DNA from: Chiloscyllium plagiosum
Taxonomy: Eukaryota
Reading direction: 5' to 3'
Assembly (NCBI RefSeq): GCF_004010195.1
Contig: NC_057753.1
Location: forward strand, 7,922,809-7,942,808
Length of the DNA stretch: 20,000 nucleotides
Numbering within the stretch: the stretch's first letter is position 1; each line of letters starts with the position of its first letter. The notes beneath the pieces were generated by a model. That model did no database searches. It was given only the letters and a program-made list of their open reading frames with translations, and was not told where the DNA came from. Shown here piece by piece: positions 1-8,483 of this stretch. Made by a program: the position numbers and the translations under genes.

Positions 1-385
1 AGTCACATTTTCCCAGTAAGTCAGCATGGCCTACTTTGAATCTTGAAGCACCCGCACCATTTCCCTGTTTGGCTGAGTAGGGACTGAACACTGGCACCAA
101 AAAGATTAAATTCAGCACCTTATCAGCGTAAACAACACACAGACAACGAACGTCCGACCTTTAGCATCATTTATATTGATCATGTTTTAAATGATAGTAA
201 GGGTCAAAAAGCGCCAATACCTCTGTTTTGCTAGTATTGGAGTTAAATGAGGCAATAACGTGGAATGTGTACTTGACCTATCATATCCGGAAACAAGTAG
301 CAGAAACAACCAATTAGATAACATACAAAGAATTTTCTTTTTCTGAACTATCTCACAATTCCAATGATGGCATGATTCCTGCATT

Positions 386-440
386 CCAAAACTCCAGATG
401 CTGGCAATCAAGGTTTACAGGCATGAAGCTGGAAGAACAC
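386..440 (-). mobile_element. Degenerate end of a Penelope-like pseudo-LTR, split by the CR1 insertion at 441 and resuming at ~729-738
   Basis: caaaactccagatgctggcaatc...gaagctggaagaacac|...agcaa resembles the reverse complement of the PLE 3' ends at 6025-6085 and 1965-1990 (ccagcatctgcagt; tgtgcttttccagc). Confidence 0.45.
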
Positions 441-728
441 GTATGGAGTCAGCTATTACGAGGGGGCATAGCTTTAAATTAAGGGGTGGTAGGTATAAGA
501 CAGATGTTAGGGGTAGATTCTTTACTCAGCGAGTGGTGAGTTCATGGAATGCCCTGCCAGTAGCAGTGGTGGACTCTCCCTCTTTATGGGCATTTAAACG
601 GGCATTGGATATGCATATGGAGGATAGTGGGCGAGTGTAGGTTAGGTGGGCTTGGATCGGTGCAACATCGAGGGCCAAAGGCCCTGTACTGCGCTGTATT
701 TTTCTATGTTCTATGTTCTATGTTCTAT
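441..728 (+). mobile_element. Young 5'-truncated CR1-clade LINE 3' end (ORF2 C-terminus, 3'UTR, (TTCTATG)n tail)
   Basis: Encodes the CR1 ORF2 C-terminus TRGHSFKL...RFFTQRVVSSWNALP...FKRALD (stop at 640). Followed by the 3'UTR motif gagggccaaaggccctgt and a ttctatg repeat. About 94% identical by hand count to the reverse complement of 8484-8720. Confidence 0.93.
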
Positions 729-789
729 CACACAGCAATCCTTTTTTTTCACGACTGAGGGTGGATGTACGGAGAGATGCATTTAGAGG

Positions 790-1017
790 GATTTAAGGTA
801 AGAGGAAAAAGAGTCAATAGGGACCTACGTGGCAATTCTTCACACAGAGTGTGGTTGCGCATCGAATGAGCTGCCAGAGGAGTGGTGGAGGTTGGTAAAA
901 TTACAAAATTTAAAAGGCATCTAAATGATTATGTGAATAGACAGAACTTAGGCCAAATGCTGGCAAATGGGACTAGGTTTATTTAGAATATCTGGTCAAC
1001 ATGGACGGGTTGGAAAC
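790..1017 (+). mobile_element. Old CR1/HER1-type LINE 3' fragment
   Basis: Degenerate F-T-Q-R-V...N-E-L-P-E-E-V-V-E...F-K-R-H-L coding remnant (ttcacacagagtgtgg...aatgagctgccagagg...tttaaaaggcatct), then a 3'UTR-like ggtcaacatggacgggttgg. Confidence 0.8.
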
Positions 1018-1039
1018 ATGCTGCATCTACTTGACACAA

Positions 1040-1519
1040 TGACTCTAACTTTGAATAACTTAGCTGTACTGTAAAAAGTAACAAAGAATCGAAATGGTAA
1101 CAATTACTATTTAACCGTTCCAATGTGTCAAAATCCCATAAGTACAGTCTTGACAATAAGACAAATTCAGAAACAGTTTGTCTCACATGCACTTCAGCAG
1201 CCCAGGAAGAAAATAAAACAAGAGAAAAACTCAGAGAGAGAGTGGAGCAGCCGGGAGTGATTCACAGTATTCCAACGTTGCAGAGAACCCAACGGGACTG
1301 CTGAAAGCTAAATTAAAGAGCCTGGTTCACTGGAATTTTGACCACACTCACACAGACTGGTCGACTGATTCGACGCTAAAACAAAAACACAGGGCCACAC
1401 AGGCTCTTTACTGTATTGGCTTTTCAAATAAAAAAGGCTATGCAACTGTGTCTTAAAAATAAACTCGCGTTACAAAAAAGCAGTAGGAAATAATATCTTA
1501 TAACCACAGCATCGTCGCA
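1040..1519. mobile_element. Non-coding dispersed repeat, partial copy of the LTR-like element at 6315-6957
   Basis: Shares blocks with the second copy: acaaattcagaaacagtttgtctcacat (~1161) vs gcaaattcagaaaacagattttgtcttacat (~6623), and end ccacagcatcgtcgca (to 1519) vs ccacaacatcatcaca (to 6957). Left boundary uncertain. Confidence 0.6.
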
Positions 1520-1820
1520 TTCCCAATAAAAAAGGAACAGTCACTATACCAGGGTCGCTTCATTTCAATACTCCTTACTTTTACAGTATTACCACCCAAT
1601 ACCTGAGCATTACGTTTACCTAAGCATGCAAGCAATCATTATACTGTCTATTTAAGTCCATTTCATTTTACAGTAAAAAATAAACAAAAGAGAAACAGGC
1701 AATTCCAATCTTCAATCTGTGCTAATCATCAAAATATAAAACAAATCTTCTGATCTATTTGGTTCGCATCTCTTTATTCCCTCTCTATTCTTGTAATCAA
1801 CCAGACAGCTCTTAAATAGC

Positions 1821-1999
1821 TGAAAATGTGTTGCTGGAAAAGCGCAGCAGGTCAGACAGCATCCAAGGAACAGGAGAATCGACGTTTCGGGCATAAGCCC
1901 TTCTTCAGGAATGAGGAAAGTGTGTCCAGCAGGCTTTTATCTTAGCAACACATTTTCAGCTCTGATCTCCAGCATCTGCAGTCCTCACTTTCTCCTCGA
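1821..1999. mobile_element. 179-bp non-autonomous Penelope-like pLTR derivative with internal inversion and 14-bp TSD
   Basis: Exact flanking direct repeat agctcttaaatagc at 1807-1820 and 2000-2013. The 5' part is the reverse complement of a homologue of 5960-6045. The 3' part (1945-1999) is a forward homologue of 6037-6091. Confidence 0.85.
1877..1912 (-). ncRNA. Minimal type I hammerhead ribozyme motif (PLE-associated)
   Basis: Minus strand reads attc-CTGAAGA-a-GGGC-ttat-GCCC-GAAA-cgt-c-gatt. It has a CUGANGA box, perfect 4-bp stem II, GAAA box, palindromic ACGU stem III and a GUC cleavage triplet. Stem I is weak. Confidence 0.7.
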
Positions 2000-3829
2000 A
2001 GCTCTTAAATAGCGTCAACTTGCCTGCTTCCACCACCTCTTCCAAGCTCATAATATTCTCTGCGTGAAAAACATCTTTCATCGTACATCTCCCTGCAACA
2101 TTCGCCCCTCACCTTGAACCTGTGACCCCTTGTAATTGAAACCCCAAACCTGGGGAGAAAAACACTCTACCTATTCATCGTACCTATGCCTCTCATCATT
2201 TTGTAGACCGCTGTAAGGTTTCCTTTCAGTCTTAATTTTTCCAGTGAAAACAATCCTCATCTTTCTACCCTTCGCATAGCCAATGCCCTGGAGACAGGTA
2301 ACAGTTCTCTACACTCCCTCCAAAGCTTTCACGTCCTTCTGATAATGTGGCGACCAAACATGCATAAAGTACGCCAAATGCGGCCTAACCTAAGTTTTAT
2401 ACAGCTGCAACATGGCTTGCCAACTCTTATATTCCTTGCTGCAGCCGATGAAGTCAACCTTTGCAGTACCTGTCTCAGCACCTTGACTACCTGTGTTGCG
2501 AATTTCAGGGAACTGTGAACCTGCACGCCCAAATCCGTCCGAATGTTAATTTTCCTAAGGGTTCTGTCAGCTAAAGTTAAATTAACACCTAATTTGATCC
2601 TCCAAAATCCATCACCTCGCATTTGTCTGAATTAAACTCCATCTGCCATTCCTGTATCCAAGTCGCCAATTTCCTGTTGTATCCTTTCACAATCGTCGGC
2701 AGGATCAGCACCTTTACCAATCTTCATATGATCTCCAAACTTGCTAATCTGACCACCCACATTTTCCTCGAGATTATTCTTCATATACACTTCAAATATT
2801 AGAGAATCTAGGACCGATCCCTATGGAATCCGACTAGTTATACGTCTTCATTCTGGAAACAAATATTATTCTTCCTCGGCTGCCCTCTGTCTTCTATGAC
2901 TAAGTCACATTTGTATACATCTGGCCAGCCTATCCCGAATCCCACGTGATTTCAGTTTTTACACAAATCGTGGATGTTAGACTATATCGACGTCTTGCTA
3001 AAATCCATATAAATTGCATTCACCGCCCTCGCCTAATCAAAAATCTTTATCACGACTTCAAAACATTCAGTCGTGCTGCTTACACATAACTTACCAGGTA
3101 CAAAACCATGCTGCCTGTCACTAACCAGTTCATTTTCATCCAATTGTGCATAAATCTTGTAACTCAGTATTTTATCCAAGATCTTCCCCGCCACAGACAT
3201 CAGGCTCACCTGCCTATCATTTCCTGTTTTATCCCTGCTTTATTTTTACACGAGGGAACAACATTGACTAAGCGTCAGTCCTCTAGATCCTCACCTGCTG
3301 CCAAATTGGATGTGAAGATATCTGCTAATTTTCCAATTGTTTCTGCCATGGCCTCTCGCAGAAACCTGGGATAGATCCTATTTGTCCCTGGAAACTTGCC
3401 TACCGTAATGCAAGTTAGGATACCGAAGATCTCCTCCTTCAATGTACTGATATTCTGAATATTATTCACACACTCATGCCTGACATCAGAATGAGTCATG
3501 TCCTTTTCCTTGGTGATTTTCCATGCAATGTATTCATTCTGGATCTTTCCTACTTCCTGTGACCCCATGCATAACCTTCTTTTTTTGTCCTTGAGCAGGC
3601 CTAATCTTTCCCTTGCTATCCTCTATCATCTGAGACATGCATAAAAAGCCTTGGGATTCTCCTTGACCCTGTTCTCTAACTATACCCCTGGTTGCTTTTA
3701 GCCTTCCTAATTCCACCTTTAAGCTCCTTCCTATTTTATGTAAAGTTCTCATAGTCTTTGTCTGTTTCTAACTGCCTAGACCTATCGTTTGCTTCATCCT
3801 TCCATTTCAATAAGCTTTCAATCAACGAC

Positions 3830-3935
3830 CTGAGACAACAACTATGCTTGCTGGGAATCTAGGCAAGTTTGGTTCCACCGATGGAGAGAAAGCAGATTTT
3901 AAAGTATCGAGTCCACTGACTCTTCTCCACAGAAT
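3830..3935 (-). mobile_element. Highly decayed Penelope-like pLTR fragment
   Basis: tgctgggaatctaggcaagtttggttccacc...tatcgagtccactgactcttctccacagaa follows the same order of motifs as 1832-1910. It keeps a gagtc/gactc stem II, but the hammerhead boxes are mutated. Confidence 0.4.
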
Positions 3936-4429
3936 AATGCAACACACAGCGCCCTCTGCAAAACAAGTAATATTGTTTAAAAAGAAATAATTCGTTATGA
4001 ACTTGAATTCCAAATAGAATATCACTCAAAATAATTTTGGAATGAAATGTAAAATATAATCCTTCGGTAATGCTGCACTTTGCATCTGTTGATAGGTGGC
4101 GTTCCTATTGCACTTTAATTGGACGTGATTCCATGGAACATATTGAAAGAAGGAAGGGAGGGGCGATTCTTTATATTCATGAATGCATTTGCACAAAGAT
4201 TCGTGGTGGCGTCCAAATCTTTCTTATTATATTCAAAAGCAGACGACACTAGGCTCTCCACAGAGATAAGTGTAAACGCTTGCAGGGATTGAACACACAT
4301 TCCCCATCAAGCATTTCATCAAACAGCGACGAAAGTGGGATGTGAATGCAAGGGTGTAGAGTGCAATGGATTGGCAGGTCACCATATTTATCCCTCAGCC
4401 ATCACATCCCATTGCAGATTGTGTGTGCG

Positions 4430-4700
4430 CTGATATTTGTCTATTTTGTTATTGCAGAATCAGTTTCCAGAGACCGTTGCCACGTTTTGTGGACATGGGG
4501 TACAATCTGCACCATTGAAAGAAATTGGAATTTCAACTTAATAAAAGATCTGTAAGTAAGTGTTCAATGATAAGCGTGGAATGGCTGACCGTCTGCTTCA
4601 TCAATATCCTTCAGGGAACAAAACTGCTGTATTTTCACGACCTCGCCTTCATTTGACTACAGTTTAACAGTAAAGTATTTGAGCCGGCAATCCCAAATAT
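4430..4700 (+). mobile_element. Old tRNA-derived SINE, degenerate
   Basis: B-box-like ggacatggggtacaatc (~4491-4507) followed by tggaatttcaacttaataaaagatctg and aatatccttcagggaacaaaactgc. These match my recollection of an abundant cartilaginous-fish SINE body; family not named. Confidence 0.5.
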
Positions 4701-4744
4701 TCAGGAATGATTAAAACAATTTATCACCAGATCCTGCTAAATTT

Positions 4745-4995
4745 ACATAGATTGTTAAGACGCAGGAACTCAAGTTCGTCATTTCTGGAATACTGCTGGT
4801 GACACATAATAGTGAGAGCGGAGTTATTAGGATACAGCAGATGTTTTCGTGGCTGAGGAGATTTTGCAGGAGGTAGGGATTCAAATTTGTGACTCTATGG
4901 GAACTCTTTTGGGGAGATTTGACGGTTACAAGAGGGACAGTTTGTACCTGAACTGGAGAGGTATTTGCTAGTGTACTCGGAAGGTGTAAACTATT
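4745..4995 (+). pseudogene. CR1 ORF1 C-terminal SGNH-esterase-like remnant
   Basis: Reads VISGILLV...RIQQMFSWLRRFCRR*GFKFV...YKRDSLYLNWRG, matching the CR1 ORF1 esterase pattern VISGLLP...WCRREGF...DGLHL. Disrupted by a stop and frameshifts. Confidence 0.75.
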
Positions 4996-5380
4996 ACGAA
5001 AGAAGATGAAATCCAAAATATTAGTGGAAAAAGATAGGAAGTTGTGTCGGGCACAATAGCTATGGGGAGCAAGGTAAATAGACAAGACGGGCAAGAAAAT
5101 AATAGAAAATAAGGCAGTAGTGAGGAATTAAACTGCAATCATTTCAATGCAAGTGGCCTGCAAGTGAAGAAGATGAACCTAGGACATGGATGGGAATGTA
5201 GAACTGGAATATCAGAGCTATTGCAGAAACATGGCCGAAGGCGGTTCTGGACAGGCAGTTTAACATTCCATGTTTAAATGGTATAGAATGATAGAAAGGG
5301 GTAAAAGAGAGGAGGGATGATGTTCTTGATTAGGACAATATTATACTTGCAAATAGGGAGGATATTCCTTAGGGAAAGGA

Positions 5381-5728
5381 ATTTATTTTATCCGTTGCTC
5401 CCGATGTGGTCTCCTCTACATTGGGAAGACTGGATGCCTCAATGCAGAGCGCTTTAGGGAACATCTCCGGGACACCCGCACCAATCAATCCCACTGCCCT
5501 GTGGCCCAACATTTCAACTCACTCTCCCACTCTGCCGAAGACATGCACGTCCTGGGCCTCCTCCACTGCCGCTCCCTCACCACCCGACGCCTGGATGAAG
5601 AACGTCTCACCTTCTGCCTTGGAACACTTCAACCCCAGGGCATCAATGTGGATTTCACCAGTCTCCTCATTTCCCCTCACCCCACCTTATCCCAGGTCCT
5701 ACCTTCCAGCTCAGAACCGTCCCCATGA
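5381..5728 (+). pseudogene. Penelope-type GIY-YIG endonuclease domain (open frame, no start codon, RT missing)
   Basis: The frame from 5381 reads IYFIRCSRCGLLYIGKTGCLNAERFREHLRDTRTNQSHCPVAQHFNSLSH...RRLDEERLTFCLGTLQPQGIN. This has IY..CxxC..YIG plus conserved R, H, H, E and the PxGxN end typical of PLE endonucleases. In frame with ORF 5501..5728. Confidence 0.88.
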
Positions 5729-5959
5729 CTTGTCCTACCTGCTTATCTTCTTTTCCACCTATCCACTACACCCTCCTCTCCGACCTATCACCTTGATCCT
5801 CACCCCATTCATCCATTGTACTCTTTACTACCTTCCCCAATCTCCTCTCTGTCCTATCACCTCCATGTCCACCTGCAATCACCTATTGTACTCTATGCTA
5901 CTTTCTCCAACCCCCACCCCCTCCCAGTTATCTCTCCACCCCGAAGGTTCCCTGCTCAT

Positions 5960-5995
5960 ATTCCTGATGAAAGGCTTTTGCTCGAAACGTCGATT
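5960..5995 (+). ncRNA. Minimal hammerhead ribozyme motif with weakened stem II
   Basis: attc-CTGATGA(5964-5970)-a-aggc-tttt-gctc-GAAA(5984-5987)-cgt-c-gatt. Same layout as 1877-1912, but stem II has one mismatch and one G-U pair. Confidence 0.55.
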
Positions 5996-6314
5996 TTCCT
6001 GCTCTCTGGATGCTACCTGACCTGCTGTGCTTTTCCAGCACCACTCTAATCCAGAATCAGGTTTCCAACATTTGCAGTCCTCGTTTTTACCTATCCCTTA
6101 GGGAAAGTTTGAAGAAGTTGTATATGTGGAATAGAATAATAAGAAGGTGATGATCACTTTGATGGCATTATAATATTGTCCCTCCAATAGTGAGCCGGAA
6201 ATTGAGGAGCAAATATCGGGAGAGAACTCAGACATCTGTACGAATAATAGGTTTTAATGTCAGGGAATTTTAAATTTCCAAACATACACTCGAACTGCCA
6301 TAATCTTAATGACT

Positions 6315-6957
6315 TGTAAGGGACGTCTTATGGATCAGACCAGACAGCCTCAAAACATTTTAAGTAGTTAGCCTCGACACTACATATTTATATTATTTCA
6401 AAGGTAAATGTAAAGTTCTGTGTTCCAGATGTTGTTTGACTTGTAAAACTGCTCGACGTTAAGCAAAACAGGATCTATTCAAATATGAAAGTAAAAATTT
6501 AACAAAGGAAAGAAGAACTGAGAAAACCTTAACTTTATTGGAAAACGTGCACAACAATCGACACAATAACTCTTACTAATTAACTTTCTCAATGTAGTAA
6601 CAGTCCACGTTTTGGCAAAAAGGCAAATTCAGAAAACAGATTTTGTCTTACATTCAATCAAACAGCCTCAGAAATCATTCCCCGGGTTTTGGTTGTAATC
6701 AAGAGAGGGAAAATAGCTTTCTCGTATTCATGTCCACAACAACTGCTTAAAGCAAAGAAGAAAAAAACCCACCGGTAATCCCTGTCTGTGAGAACTGGCC
6801 ACATCCATATAGACAGCTTCTATTTCTTCATGTTTAACAGGTAACACGTCTATGAAGCTGTTAACGTTACCACAGACTGTTCTTCACCTCTCGTTAAATC
6901 TCTCCTTTAATAGAAACTAGTGCAAAATACACCTGTTAAAGCCACAACATCATCACA
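6315..6957. mobile_element. ~643-bp LTR-like insertion (probable solo LTR)
   Basis: Starts TGTAA and ends TCACA (TGT...ACA termini) and is non-coding. It interrupts the host CR1 endonuclease between ...aactgccataatcttaatgact and ...tttgttaagtgtatt (FVKCI). A related copy lies at 1040-1519. No clear TSD. Confidence 0.6.
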
Positions 6958-7396
6958 CGTTGGATTTGTTAAGTGTATTCCAGAAAATGTTCTTGCTTAA
7001 TATGTTGATGCATCTATCAAAGAAGAAGCAAAGTGTCACTTTCTCTTGGTAAATAAGACAGGGAAATTGACTGAGGTGTTGGTAAGAGAGAACTTTCGCA
7101 CTGGAGATCATGATGCTATTCGTTTTAAAGTTATTATTGGAAAAGATAGGTCTGATTTGAAGGTTCATGATCCGAATTATAGTAAGGCCAATTTTGGTGG
7201 CATTTGACAGGAAGTTTCAAAGTTGACTGGGGGAAACTAATTGCAGTTAAAGGGACGCCTCGCATATGGGGTTTCAAAAATGAGGTGACAATAGTTCAGC
7301 GAGAGTTCAGTATGTTCCTATTGGTGTGAAGGGCAAGGCAGGAAGACATAACGATAACTGGATGATGAACAATAATAAGACTCTGGTGAAGAAGGG

Positions 7397-7706
7397 AATT
7401 TTAAGACTGGGGGACACATTTTTAATGTTAAGAGGAGAGAGATTAAAAGAAAACATAGGCAAAATGTACGTTTAGGGTGGATCACGTGTGGAATGAACTT
7501 TCTGATGAATTGGTGGATGGTGGTACAATTCTAACGTTTGAAAGTCATGTGAATGAACACATGGTTTGGAAATGTTTGGAGGTTTAACGGCAGGATCAGG
7601 GAGATGGGATTAGTTTCATCTGTGATTACGTTCAGCATGGACTGTTTGGGCCAAAGGCACTGTTTCTGTACTGTATGACTGTATGACTCTAAGACTCTAT
7701 GACTCT
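7397..7706 (+). mobile_element. CR1/HER1-type LINE 3' end with (TATGACTC)n-like tail, nested in the host CR1
   Basis: KTGGHIF...VWNEL remnant, 3'UTR cagcatggactgtttgggccaaagg, and tail tatgactgtatgactctaagactctatgactct. The host linker (WMM...LVKK / ...ESVEEYR) flanks it. Confidence 0.85.
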
Positions 7707-8483
7707 GTGAGACATCTGTCAGTCTAGACATTAGGGATCAATTGAATCTGTGGAGGAGTACAGGGAGAATTAGAACACACTTAAGAAGGAAATCGGGAGG
7801 CCCAAAAAGGGATATAAAGTAGCTTTGCCAAATAAGTTTAAGGACAATCCTTCGATATTCCACAAATACATTGAAGACAAAAACGGATCGACGGAGAAAA
7901 TAGGGCCCCACAAAGATCAAAGAAACTGTTTATATGTGGAACAGCAGGAGATCCCTGAGATACTAAATGACTATTTTGCATCAGTATTTATTATGTTGAA
8001 AGACAAGGAAGATAGTGAAATTGGAGAAATAAATAATGATATATTGAAAAGAGTCCACATTACAAAAGAGGAACTATTGGAGAAATAAAAATGCATAGAA
8101 ATAGATAAATCCCCACCAGTTACACAGGTGTATCCCAGAATATGGTGTGAATCTAGAAAGGAGGTTGTGGTGTCCGGTGCAGAAATAGTTGTCTCATCGA
8201 TAGGCAAAGGGAAGGGTGCCAGGAAACCGGGTTTGTGGCTAATGGCGTGGCATTGACTAAGAAAAACGCTGCAAAGAAAAGTCAAGGATATTTAGGTCAG
8301 TGAGTCTGAGGTCCGCGGTGGTTACGTTGTTTGACAGGATTCTGTGAAATGGAATATACATACATTTCGAAAGGACAGATTAGGAATAACCGGCATGGCT
8401 TTGTTCTTGGGAAATCGTGCTCCACAAATTTTAATTTGTTAAAGAGGTATAAGAGCTTGCCAGAAGATAATTGAAGTTGGAGC

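Larger units (their letters stand above)
1670..3800 (-). mobile_element. Old 5'-truncated CR1-clade LINE (linker, RT, 3' end), decayed and interrupted by a PLE-derived insert at 1821-1999
   Basis: Minus-strand remnants GKFPGTNRIYPRFLREA (cf. KSPGPDGIYPR), HGF (catggtttt at ~3102-3110), DLGVQVHSSLKFATQV and a CR1-like C-terminus FKSCLVDYKNREG. Many stops and frameshifts. Confidence 0.88.
5379..6091 (+). mobile_element. 5'-truncated Penelope-like retroelement (GIY-YIG endonuclease plus 3' pLTR) with 16-bp TSD
   Basis: Flanks tattccttagggaaag (5363-5378) and tatcccttagggaaag (6092-6107) match at 15/16. Contains a GIY-YIG frame, a C/T-rich 3' tract and a hammerhead-like core at 5964-5991. The host CR1 endonuclease continues on both sides. 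Confidence 0.9.

Noticed and set aside
1..385. Non-repeat-looking leading segment with ORF 187..411 and a small ccaatac/gtattgg hairpin
   Set aside because: No recognisable protein or RNA motif, and a 7-bp stem is expected by chance.
702..728. Short tandem repeats (also at 7674-7706, 8484-8504 and 15139-15160) as CRISPR or independent microsatellites
   Set aside because: These are 7-8 bp units without spacers, located exactly at CR1 3' ends, so they are LINE tails.
4458..4550. 93-bp exon-like block (ttattgcag acceptor, gtaagt donor, one open frame)
   Set aside because: It lies within what looks like a decayed SINE and the peptide is unrecognisable. Exonisation cannot be supported without transcript data.
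5406..6020. 204-aa Pro/Ser/Thr-rich ORF
   Set aside because: Alternative frame over the PLE GIY-YIG region and its C/T-rich stop-poor tail. The meaningful frame is 5381-5728.
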